Below, in pieces: positions 56,167 through 64,000 of a stretch of DNA of 64,000 nt. The notes beneath the pieces were generated by a model. It was not told the DNA's origin. It worked only from the letters and a program-made list of their open reading frames with translations, and made no database searches. Source of the DNA: a virus; IMG/VR virus record IMGVR_UViG_3300011113_000652, positions 6,906-70,905 of that record; one strand, 5' to 3'. Both the position numbers and the translations under genes were made by a program. Every line of letters begins with the position of its first letter. Within the stretch, counting starts at the first letter, position 1.

Positions 56167-57059
56167 TTTGTAATTCCTAACATATCTGGATTTACCTCGG
56201 CCACAAGGTTCCACACTTTTTGATTGTTCCACGGGGTGTGGCAATGTGCATCATTACAAGATTTGCATAAAGTTTCTTGTGAAAATCCCAATTGATTGTT
56301 TAGCTTGTGTATTTTTTGTATTTCTCTGCCATTGAGTATTTCATCGTAGGATTGCGTCAACAAATTACCAAGTCGATGTTTTAGTCCATAGTCCATACAA
56401 CAAAGTATTACATCGCCGTTGGGCAACAATATATTGGCATGATAATCTTTGTTTCTTGTACATTCAACTATGAATTCGTATTGTGGCGGCGCATTAACTG
56501 GCTGACTGTTTATGTTTTCAATGCGCAAATTGTTAGCTCTGGTATGCAAATACCAGTTACTGGGCACAATTTTTGTTTCTATAGCCGGATCAATTTTAGA
56601 TTCAGAATCCATAGTCATATAATTTACATTTCCAAGACGAGAAATACAATTAAACGTATATTCAAAATCTTTGCTGTATCTAAACCCAATCATGTTTTTA
56701 TTTTGATCAGGCAAATGCACCCAAAAATCTTTGATCTGCAATTTGTATTGTTCTAATAATGTAATCAACCGATCGCACTGTGTGGGATTTATGTTGTACA
56801 AGGTAGTGTAGATACCGACCTCAAACCCTTGTTGCAAAGATAATTCTAAAAAATCATTACATAGATTGTTAGCCCATGGCTCGGTATATCCAGCAAACAC
56901 TATACGTACATCCTTAGGTAGTTTGGATAACGCAGTAACAAATGTGTCTAGAGACATTTTTTTTATAGGATCTGTGTAGGCTTGTCTTAACTTGTCTTGC
57001 GGACAAAAAGTACACATCAACGGGCATCCAATTTGTGTAGTTATCTCTAGGGTGTTCAT
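56163..57059 (-). CDS. radical SAM protein with C-terminal SPASM/twitch domain
   Basis: CPLMCTFC; C..GDVILCC..LGN..CKSC. Confidence 0.82.
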   Translation of the reverse strand: MNTLEITTQIGCPLMCTFCPQDKLRQAYTDPIKKMSLDTFVTALSKLPKDVRIVFAGYTEPWANNLCNDFLELSLQQGFEVGIYTTLYNINPTQCDRLITLLEQYKLQIKDFWVHLPDQNKNMIGFRYSKDFEYTFNCISRLGNVNYMTMDSESKIDPAIETKIVPSNWYLHTRANNLRIENINSQPVNAPPQYEFIVECTRNKDYHANILLPNGDVILCCMDYGLKHRLGNLLTQSYDEILNGREIQKIHKLNNQLGFSQETLCKSCNDAHCHTPWNNQKVWNLVAEVNPDMLGITK

Positions 57060-58465
57060 TGTTGACTCCAATATTTACAATCATTCCACCAGGCTGTCAT
57101 CTCTGGAAAGGTAGATAAAAAATCTGTGCCTCGGCGGCGATCGTGCTCAGTGAAGAATCTATAAAAATCGGCTTTGTTTTGTTGTATGTATTCTTTTGGT
57201 AATTTTTGCCCGTCTTGCATCCAGGCAATGTCACGATCAAGACGTGCTATTTCGTAGTCCTTGAACCCTTGGAATCTTGTTGCTTCTGTTTCGATATTTT
57301 TTAACATGAATGCCCAAACTGTTTCCAGTTCGTCTACATATGACTCTGGCAACAGTTGCAGACTTTGCCAGGCAGGTTGCCGCAACAGCGGAGTGTCAAA
57401 CCACACACGCTGATATGTTTTACTATAAATTTTTCTCAGACCCAATATAGCACTGAGCAATTTTCCAAATCCAACCACGTTAAGGTTGTTCATGGTTATG
57501 ATAAATGTTATGCTATTGCGCCCTGGTATCTCGGTCAAGAACTGATTCACGCGATCCCATACCAAATCAAAGTCTAATCCGTGTCTGATATATTCTGCTT
57601 GAGGTCCAAAACTGTCCAAGCTCACGTATTGCATGAAGTGTTCTATACGCTCACCCTCACACAATTGTTTAACATATTCCAAATACTTCTCCCACGACTT
57701 CTCATCCACGCTGAAGTTTGATGTTACATTCAAATGCAAATCAGTTTTGGGATTGGCCAACACATAATCAAACACACGATAGGTATTCTTGTCTAACAAA
57801 GGCTCACCACCAGTCATGCGGAAGTGTCGTAGTTCCGGATACAAGGTGGGCCACCATGACCAAAAGGCATCCACATAGGGGTTGTGTTCTCTTACTGGGA
57901 TAGGACGGTTGCGCCCACGAAAGTGGCCAGGATCATTGTGGACAGTTGAAGTAGGATATCCACCTCGCGATTCAACCTCTTGTTGCCAGGTGCTCGAAAA
58001 CTGCGGACTGCAATAGCTACAAGCAAGATTACAAGCGTGATTAAAATTAACTTCAACGTAACTAGGAACAACATCTTCATCTCCTGTAGAATTTATTATG
58101 GTATCAAAATCTTTGGCCGCCCAGGGCTCACCAGACCTATAGTGTCGGTCACTCAATTTGTTGTTGTCTTCCATGTTCCAACAATATGAGCACTCGGTGG
58201 GGCGTTCCTGTTTTAGCATGATTTTGCGCTGAGCTTTTTTGTGCGGAGTGTTATGCAATGCCGATGGATTGCCTGTTAACATCTCTGCAGGAATAGAGTG
58301 CAAAGGCGGATGGTAGCAACTGTTGTTAAGTCCAGTGGGCAAGTGTAGGCTTACCTGTTTCCATTTGGCCAGACAAAGAGCAGGACCTAAGTCTTGTTTC
58401 ATTTGCTCGGCACTGGTTAGAAATTTTGATTTAAAGTCGGTGGCGACTTCGTCACCTTTGTTCAT
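57056..58465 (-). CDS. N-terminal twitch radical SAM protein
   Basis: LCLAKW..SCYHP..CSYCW, CNLACSYC, GGEPL. Confidence 0.87.
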   Translation of the reverse strand: MNKGDEVATDFKSKFLTSAEQMKQDLGPALCLAKWKQVSLHLPTGLNNSCYHPPLHSIPAEMLTGNPSALHNTPHKKAQRKIMLKQERPTECSYCWNMEDNNKLSDRHYRSGEPWAAKDFDTIINSTGDEDVVPSYVEVNFNHACNLACSYCSPQFSSTWQQEVESRGGYPTSTVHNDPGHFRGRNRPIPVREHNPYVDAFWSWWPTLYPELRHFRMTGGEPLLDKNTYRVFDYVLANPKTDLHLNVTSNFSVDEKSWEKYLEYVKQLCEGERIEHFMQYVSLDSFGPQAEYIRHGLDFDLVWDRVNQFLTEIPGRNSITFIITMNNLNVVGFGKLLSAILGLRKIYSKTYQRVWFDTPLLRQPAWQSLQLLPESYVDELETVWAFMLKNIETEATRFQGFKDYEIARLDRDIAWMQDGQKLPKEYIQQNKADFYRFFTEHDRRRGTDFLSTFPEMTAWWNDCKYWSQQ

Positions 58466-59274
58466 AAAATATGTTCCAATACATAATTAGCCCAGATTTT
58501 ATGGCCGGCGGCGTCAGGATGTAGGCTAATAAGTTTTTGAGAAGCTGTTGTTTGATCTACATATTTGGCTTGATTTATTAAATTAATCATCCATTTTTTG
58601 TATTCTGCATCATTTTTTACAAATTGTTCAACTGCTTGAAGTCTGTTAACTCCAGTGGTCCCGCTATATGCTTTGATTGAGCACTCAATATCTAGTAAGC
58701 GAAACCAAGGTATTGGTAACAATACATCTGTATCAATACCGACTGCATCAACAAAATTAGTGCCAATAAGTAACTTGATATTATAAGTTTGCGTAATTTG
58801 TTTTATTCTTCGGACACATTCTGCGTTAAGAAAATTTAAAAAATTGTCAATTGTATTATTTTCAAACCAGCTTATATAATCAATATAGCCATCATGATGG
58901 GAGTCAAACGATCTGCCAGATTCAGTAAAAGTGCAAATTACATATACTTTTTTATATCCAAGTTGATTAATAATTCTTCCTAACTCTTCGGTTTTTTCAG
59001 CTATAAAAAAGTTATTAGAGCCGGCTTGCCCTAAATTTAACCAGTCCGCACTTAGTCTAGTAGATACAATATTTCCATACACATGCTGAAGCCTGAATTC
59101 ATCATCGTTGGGAGCAAGATCACTGCCCCAGGTCCACGAATCACCAATGGTTGCTACTAATGTGTCAGACTTGCGATCTACAAAATCAAAGGTATTCGTT
59201 GGGTTGATATAATGACTATTATCAGGCGATGCTATTATAAAATAATTTGGCAATGTATCTTTTGTTAATTTCAT
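58462..59274 (-). CDS. SGNH/GDSL-like hydrolase-fold protein
   Basis: IGDSWTWG, NLGQAGSNN, TESGR, HPDAAGH. Confidence 0.72.
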   Translation of the reverse strand: MKLTKDTLPNYFIIASPDNSHYINPTNTFDFVDRKSDTLVATIGDSWTWGSDLAPNDDEFRLQHVYGNIVSTRLSADWLNLGQAGSNNFFIAEKTEELGRIINQLGYKKVYVICTFTESGRSFDSHHDGYIDYISWFENNTIDNFLNFLNAECVRRIKQITQTYNIKLLIGTNFVDAVGIDTDVLLPIPWFRLLDIECSIKAYSGTTGVNRLQAVEQFVKNDAEYKKWMINLINQAKYVDQTTASQKLISLHPDAAGHKIWANYVLEHIL

Positions 59275-60221
59275 ATTATCTTTGTTACAATTTTATTGTA
59301 ACTTTGTGTTTGTAATAAATTGTAATTGTGATCAAGTACGGGTTGCATGGCTTGATATAGATCTTGTAATTCTTCTTTGGATTTTTTGGCTAATTTGTCT
59401 ATTAATGCTAATATTCTTACATATCGTTCTTGACTTTCGTAACCATCATAGTCTTCCGACCAAAAATTACCGAATGTTTTAAATCCCATTTGATGCAAGT
59501 AATCTAAATAGTCTCTAGAGCCAAATACTATAAATGGTTTTTTAAGTAACATAGGACGCACAGTCTTTTCGGTTACAAAAAAACAATCACCGCTAGTAAA
59601 TGTTTCGGCTACAATATCAATTAAAAAATTTTTATAAATTTGTTTAGTTTGATTTACATATCCATTGGTCATCAATTGCCCAGGGGTGTATGTATCTACT
59701 TCTGGCAACTGTAAGGGCAATTGATTTATAATATTTCCAAAGTTTTTAAAACTTGCAGGATCGTATTTAAATAATTTGTTTGTTTCAAACAATTCTCGCT
59801 GATCCACGTCGGTTGGGTCGCATAAACACCCAACAAGACTAAGCTCTCTATGATAGGTTAATAAATGAGAAGCAATCCCAATACGGTGCCATAGGGGCCT
59901 GCCATATAAGATTCCAAATATTTTAGTCTTATTCCAGGTATGTAATTCTATTTCAATTTCTTGTGTGATGTTTAAAAATTTCCAAGGCAATACTAATTTA
60001 ATATTATATTTGTTGTGTTTTTCTAGTGGATTGGGAGTATATATGGTAACGCTGTTGAACTTAAATTGATCCAATAATCTATAAAGGTTAATTGAATGGC
60101 AACAACACCCTTCATGGTTTGTTGATATTTCTATATCTTGCTCTTGATGATCGATAAGAAATTTGATAAGGTCTGAAATATTCCAAATGTAGGTATCGGC
60201 TGGAATAATTGTAAATTGCAT
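59271..60221 (-). CDS. glycosyltransferase-like protein (TEK family)
   Basis: AET..FVTEKTVRPM..KPF..GFKTF..SEDYD. Confidence 0.62.
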   Translation of the reverse strand: MQFTIIPADTYIWNISDLIKFLIDHQEQDIEISTNHEGCCCHSINLYRLLDQFKFNSVTIYTPNPLEKHNKYNIKLVLPWKFLNITQEIEIELHTWNKTKIFGILYGRPLWHRIGIASHLLTYHRELSLVGCLCDPTDVDQRELFETNKLFKYDPASFKNFGNIINQLPLQLPEVDTYTPGQLMTNGYVNQTKQIYKNFLIDIVAETFTSGDCFFVTEKTVRPMLLKKPFIVFGSRDYLDYLHQMGFKTFGNFWSEDYDGYESQERYVRILALIDKLAKKSKEELQDLYQAMQPVLDHNYNLLQTQSYNKIVTKII

Positions 60222-60754
60222 TATAATAAAAATCCAGATATTTGTAAAGTGTATTTGTTTTCAAATCCTGCATTAACACTTAAATGAATGACAGAACTAT
60301 CCCAGATAAATCCTTCACTCTGATGCCAATGGTCGCTGGTTACCCAATGGTCATTTGTTTGATACTGTATAAATTGTCCCATTTTATAATCTTCAAGATA
60401 AATGTTTGCCCGAACTTTTAATTCTTTTCTATCCGGATATTGTTTGCTAATTTGAAAAAATGTATCTCTGTGCAGTGGAACTACATTGCCAGGCGGTTGA
60501 CAAATGCTGCTTATAGTTACAATTTCCATGCCAAGTTGACGACCTAGTTCGTCAAAATTGACTTGTGTTTTGTCCCACCAAAGTTGATGTATTAAAGTAT
60601 TATTAATAGTATACGTTTCTGGAAATCCACCGTATTGTTTGTGAATATCTGTTAACTCATGTACTTGATGTTGAATACAGCTTCCGCTGTGTTGCGTATA
60701 ATCAGCATTTAAAAATACAGACAGATCATAATTTATTTTTATATTTTTTAACAT
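60221..60754 (-). CDS. cupin / 2OG-Fe(II) oxygenase-like protein
   Basis: PGNVVPLHRD (HxD) .. HLSVNAG..KYTLQISG. Confidence 0.65.
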   Translation of the reverse strand: MLKNIKINYDLSVFLNADYTQHSGSCIQHQVHELTDIHKQYGGFPETYTINNTLIHQLWWDKTQVNFDELGRQLGMEIVTISSICQPPGNVVPLHRDTFFQISKQYPDRKELKVRANIYLEDYKMGQFIQYQTNDHWVTSDHWHQSEGFIWDSSVIHLSVNAGFENKYTLQISGFLL

Positions 60755-61681
60755 TTACCATCCTTCTTGTTTTCTAATTACATCCATCTCTCTGATCATG
60801 ACACCCACATTGTGCCAGTTTGATCTGTAGTGATGTTTGAAGAATTTGCTTTCCTTTGCGCCAATCATGTTGATTGGCAAATCTAACTGTGTGACCAAAT
60901 CTTCAGCTACTCGTCCAGCCACCGTCTCTGGATCGTGATCTTTGACCGTAAGCCATAATTCTTGCAATACATCAAAATCTTGAACTAGCCTATGATCCCA
61001 GGCCGTGAGCATGGTCATATAAGTGCCCATGCGGCCGCCGGCCATGCTCCAGACGCCGTGTTCCGCGTCACGACCCACATTGTGCCATATGGTCAAGTGG
61101 TCAAAATTACGTTGATGCACACGTTGTCGGAATTCGGCCAAGGTGGGCTTGGTTCCGCGATTCAAGCACATTTTGACACCTTCACGGAATCCAGCACGCC
61201 AGGCCTGGAATGCTGATCCGTTGGGATATGTGGTACTGTAACAATCATGCATGGCCCAATACATGGGATCAAAACAAAATTCTACTTGAGTTTCGTCACG
61301 TCCGTCTGTGGCTTCGTGAGTGCGCATGCTATCAACAAAGGTACGTGTCCATGAGCTGAGTCCACCATTGCCGTACATGAGCCCATTGACGTGATTGCGT
61401 GCCCGCCAACGGAACACCGCCGATTCCCAGGTCTCATCTGGAAACTCTAAAGTCAAGTTGAAAAAACTTTCGTCGGGCATGTTGTCGCCGTCGATCAAAA
61501 TAAAACGTTCAGTGGTACTGGCGGCAGCTGCAGACTTGTGTGCAGCATCTGATCCCTTGACTCCGTCCACACGAACTGCCCAGGGAATCATATTTTTAAT
61601 TTTAACCCAAAATTCTTCTCGTTGTGGTTCGTCGTAGGTGAGATAGATGCAATCCAAATCTGCTATGTCAATTGACTTCAT
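60755..61681 (-). CDS. GT-A-like glycosyltransferase
   Basis: LTYDEP, GVKGSDAAH, DxD (IDGD), AWRAGFRE. Confidence 0.6.
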   Translation of the reverse strand: MKSIDIADLDCIYLTYDEPQREEFWVKIKNMIPWAVRVDGVKGSDAAHKSAAAASTTERFILIDGDNMPDESFFNLTLEFPDETWESAVFRWRARNHVNGLMYGNGGLSSWTRTFVDSMRTHEATDGRDETQVEFCFDPMYWAMHDCYSTTYPNGSAFQAWRAGFREGVKMCLNRGTKPTLAEFRQRVHQRNFDHLTIWHNVGRDAEHGVWSMAGGRMGTYMTMLTAWDHRLVQDFDVLQELWLTVKDHDPETVAGRVAEDLVTQLDLPINMIGAKESKFFKHHYRSNWHNVGVMIREMDVIRKQEGW

Positions 61682-62027
61682 ACGTGGTCATGTTCCATTT
61701 AATATGATGTTGATTGGGGTTGGTTACAACACAGATATCGCTGGGGTGGCAAGCGATTCCACTGTCGAAAGATGGGCCTAGTTTTTTGACTGTTTTTGTT
61801 ATAGGAACAATGTGTAATTTTCCATCTACGACACGCACATTCCATGTATGATTTACGTAGGTTTCTCGATCAACTTCGATGTACTTACCAGGCAAATCAT
61901 CCATGGTATAACATTTGGGACTGCCATCATCATTGTAGTATAGTCTATAACTTATGGGCCGAGGTTCCGGCCACTCAAACTCGGCCATGACCCGTAAGAA
62001 ATTCTCTGTGGTTTCATTCAACATCAT
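61668..62027 (-). CDS. hypothetical phage protein
   Basis: YRLYYNDDG; overlaps both neighbours. Confidence 0.6.
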   Translation of the reverse strand: MMLNETTENFLRVMAEFEWPEPRPISYRLYYNDDGSPKCYTMDDLPGKYIEVDRETYVNHTWNVRVVDGKLHIVPITKTVKKLGPSFDSGIACHPSDICVVTNPNQHHIKWNMTTYEVN

Positions 62028-62301
62028 TGCTTTTTTGATTGTTCCTGCGTTCTTGCGTGGTAAGTTGATCTTTGAGCTTGTGTCGTCGTGTGCGACGCGG
62101 ATTACCGCAGATCACGCAACCAGGTTGTCCGCAGTCCATGGCATGCTTCTTGGCCAGTCTGTGTGGCTGTGCTTCGTCGATCTGTTTGCTGGCACCCAGG
62201 AAATGCCGGCGAGATTTGATAATGCCCAATTGTTTTTTTATTGCTGTCCAGGCACGATGAATGCGTGTTTTGTGTTTGACCTTGTCTTCTTGCTTACTCA
62301 A
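62014..62301 (-). CDS. basic Cys-containing (possibly Zn-binding) hypothetical protein
   Basis: CGQPGCVICGNPRR; AGGAG before TTG. Confidence 0.6.
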   Translation of the reverse strand: MSKQEDKVKHKTRIHRAWTAIKKQLGIIKSRRHFLGASKQIDEAQPHRLAKKHAMDCGQPGCVICGNPRRTRRHKLKDQLTTQERRNNQKSNDVE

Positions 62302-63019
62302 TTCGCCACTCCTTTTGATGGTAATGCACAAATCCCCACTGTGCAATAGTGTTTATCCTTAAAGGATCTTTTTCCCAAATTAATTCACGTGTCCAGTCTT
62401 CGCCGTGTAGACCGTTGATGTGTCGTTTCATATGCACTATGGTAGGTCCCAAGTTCGCAGGCAAGGTCACACGTTCTGGACCAATGATCTGTGCGGCCAT
62501 GGCATACACAAGATCAGTGCTGGCATCTTCTTCTGGAAACTTGATTAATTTTTTAAATTCAGACCAATTTGTGAAAATTTGTCTGACCAAGGTAAAAAAT
62601 TCTTTGGCGGTAGAACTTAATCGCCAATATGTAATAGCATTGTAAACATCTGGTAGATTGTTGGCATCAAAACATCGACGATAAAACCGTGATTGGGCTG
62701 GCTGGTCATAAAACGTTCTGGCACCTTGACTGATCACAACATCACGCAATTCAAACAAGGTCCACCAATGATCTATTGGGCCGGCGGCAATCATGTCGGC
62801 TTCTAGTTTGATTGTTTCCCTATATGGACTGATTGCAAACATCTGCCAATCATTGGCCCAGCCACCTTGATCTCCGTGCGGCAACATATCTGCTGTGACA
62901 ATGGTCACATTGGCATTGGGGTGAAATTTAATAATACTGGCTTTGAGCTGGGCGGCACAGCGTTCATACTGATCACCAATGGCTGGAATCAGGTATCCTC
63001 GTTCATGAGTGGTTGGCAA
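62294..63019 (-). CDS. GT-A-like glycosyltransferase
   Basis: RGYLI, SPYRETIKLEAD, HY near C-terminus; TTG start inferred. Confidence 0.6.
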   Translation of the reverse strand: MPTTHERGYLIPAIGDQYERCAAQLKASIIKFHPNANVTIVTADMLPHGDQGGWANDWQMFAISPYRETIKLEADMIAAGPIDHWWTLFELRDVVISQGARTFYDQPAQSRFYRRCFDANNLPDVYNAITYWRLSSTAKEFFTLVRQIFTNWSEFKKLIKFPEEDASTDLVYAMAAQIIGPERVTLPANLGPTIVHMKRHINGLHGEDWTRELIWEKDPLRINTIAQWGFVHYHQKEWRIE

Positions 63020-63758
63020 CGATCGCTCCCAGTTGTTGTTTGCCCATGGCATGGAAATCTTGACGTAATTCCATCCAACGGGCTTTGCCCTCACCATTGA
63101 CAAAATCTACTCTATAGCGATCCTGGTCTAATTGTGTCAGGGTGTGTTCAGGAGTAAGACTGGCCAGGCGCCAGGGTATGTCGGTATGATTTAATGTGTG
63201 CCCATTTACAATCAGCAAGGCAATACTGAGTGCGTGATCATTTCTATAGGTAGGTGTGGAGTTTTTATAAATGTTCCTGTAGTGAGTCCAATTGTCTCGT
63301 ATCATAGACATGGCGTCAAATATTAACTCTGCTTGCCGGCACTTATTGAATACCATGACCGTGGCCCACCACATGGGCATACCAACTGCACCAAACTGGT
63401 TGAGTCCTTGGAAATCATTGCACCCTGTGACATCATAGGCCCAACGATGTGCAAGAAAGTCTGCATCGCAATCTACTATACCTTGAAGTTGATCGCTGGC
63501 CACTACATAGTCCGCATCTAAAACCAAGGTACGGTCCCAGGGTGAGAGTCGGTAAGCATCCATCCTGTTGGTGTTGTGCCAGGTAGCCGAGCCTACATCT
63601 GTGAAATGTCTTGAGCCTGAATCTGTTCTGGAATCATCGGTGACTATGTGTGTTGGTATGCCAAGATGCCGTGTGATGTTCTTAGCTGACCAACGGGCCA
63701 TGCTCACATAATCTGTGTGCTCATTGTTGCGGGCAAATATCAATGCACCTGTGGTCAT
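63003..63758 (-). CDS. GT-A-like glycosyltransferase (paralogue)
   Basis: GALIFA, SPWDRTLVLDAD, YRNDHALS. Confidence 0.6.
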   Translation of the reverse strand: MTTGALIFARNNEHTDYVSMARWSAKNITRHLGIPTHIVTDDSRTDSGSRHFTDVGSATWHNTNRMDAYRLSPWDRTLVLDADYVVASDQLQGIVDCDADFLAHRWAYDVTGCNDFQGLNQFGAVGMPMWWATVMVFNKCRQAELIFDAMSMIRDNWTHYRNIYKNSTPTYRNDHALSIALLIVNGHTLNHTDIPWRLASLTPEHTLTQLDQDRYRVDFVNGEGKARWMELRQDFHAMGKQQLGAIVANHS

Positions 63759-64000
63759 CTATTCTTGTTGAGTTCTGTGTATTCTACCAACCAGGCATTC
63801 ATGCATTCTTGCCAGCGTTCGGTTGCTAGATTCCATAACTCTTTGGTGTTGACTCGCACAGGATTATGATATAGATCTTCTATTACTACTTCTCGGTCCA
63901 TGGTGCAACAATTCAACACACTCAGTAATTCTGGTCCGGCTGACCACATACCCCCGGCATGGGCAAAAGTTAATTTGGCTTGATATTTTTCACGCAAGGT
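63755..64000 (-). CDS. hypothetical phage protein, 5' end probably outside the window
   Basis: ORF runs to the window edge. Confidence 0.55.
   Translation of the reverse strand, partial: TLREKYQAKLTFAHAGGMWSAGPELLSVLNCCTMDREVVIEDLYHNPVRVNTKELWNLATERWQECMNAWLVEYTELNKNR

Noticed and set aside
42746-58465. RiPP cluster with radical SAM maturases
   Set aside because: No precursor-like peptide, RRE domain, peptidase or exporter; the one microprotein is basic and tied to the carbamoyltransferase
1-64000. Stop-codon reassignment as in some jumbo phages
   Set aside because: Recognisable enzymes are full length in the standard code, TAA, TAG and TGA all end genes, and no suppressor tRNA is present
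1-64000. CRISPR array, transposase, integrase or reverse transcriptase
   Set aside because: No regularly spaced repeats or matching protein motifs seen

Overview
A 64-kb, densely packed segment of what looks like a large (jumbo, T4-like) phage genome in the standard genetic code. Phage origin is inferred from the T4-type RNase H, the MoxR/VWA pair, scattered tRNAs, many small unknown ORFs and TAAATA late-type motifs. A betaproteobacterial host is inferred from the TorF, Bug/TctC and DctP genes and a tmRNA tag ending FALAA. Layout: (1) 1-9.9 kb, nucleotide-sugar enzymes, a PRTase, QueE and RNase H; (2) 9.9-18.4 kb, a translation/transcription island with 7 tRNAs, a circularly permuted tmRNA, an RNA polymerase omega homologue and a metallophosphoesterase; (3) 18.4-23.8 kb, a symmetric PP-loop / Bug / DctP / Bug / PP-loop module; (4) 23.8-33.9 kb, MoxR and VWA genes split by a small-protein paralogue family and a flavin halogenase; (5) 33.9-64 kb, a large glycan-tailoring-like region with 7 radical SAM enzymes, 2 amidinotransferases, a carbamoyltransferase, a DegT aminotransferase and glycosyltransferase-like and SGNH-like paralogues. 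Best candidate for a new system: a leaderless 33-codon, codon-diverse leader peptide (14030-14131) overlapping mutually exclusive antiterminator and terminator hairpins upstream of phage tRNA genes, i.e. an apparent general translation-stress attenuator. All calls come from reading motifs and base-pairing by eye; no database searches were run.
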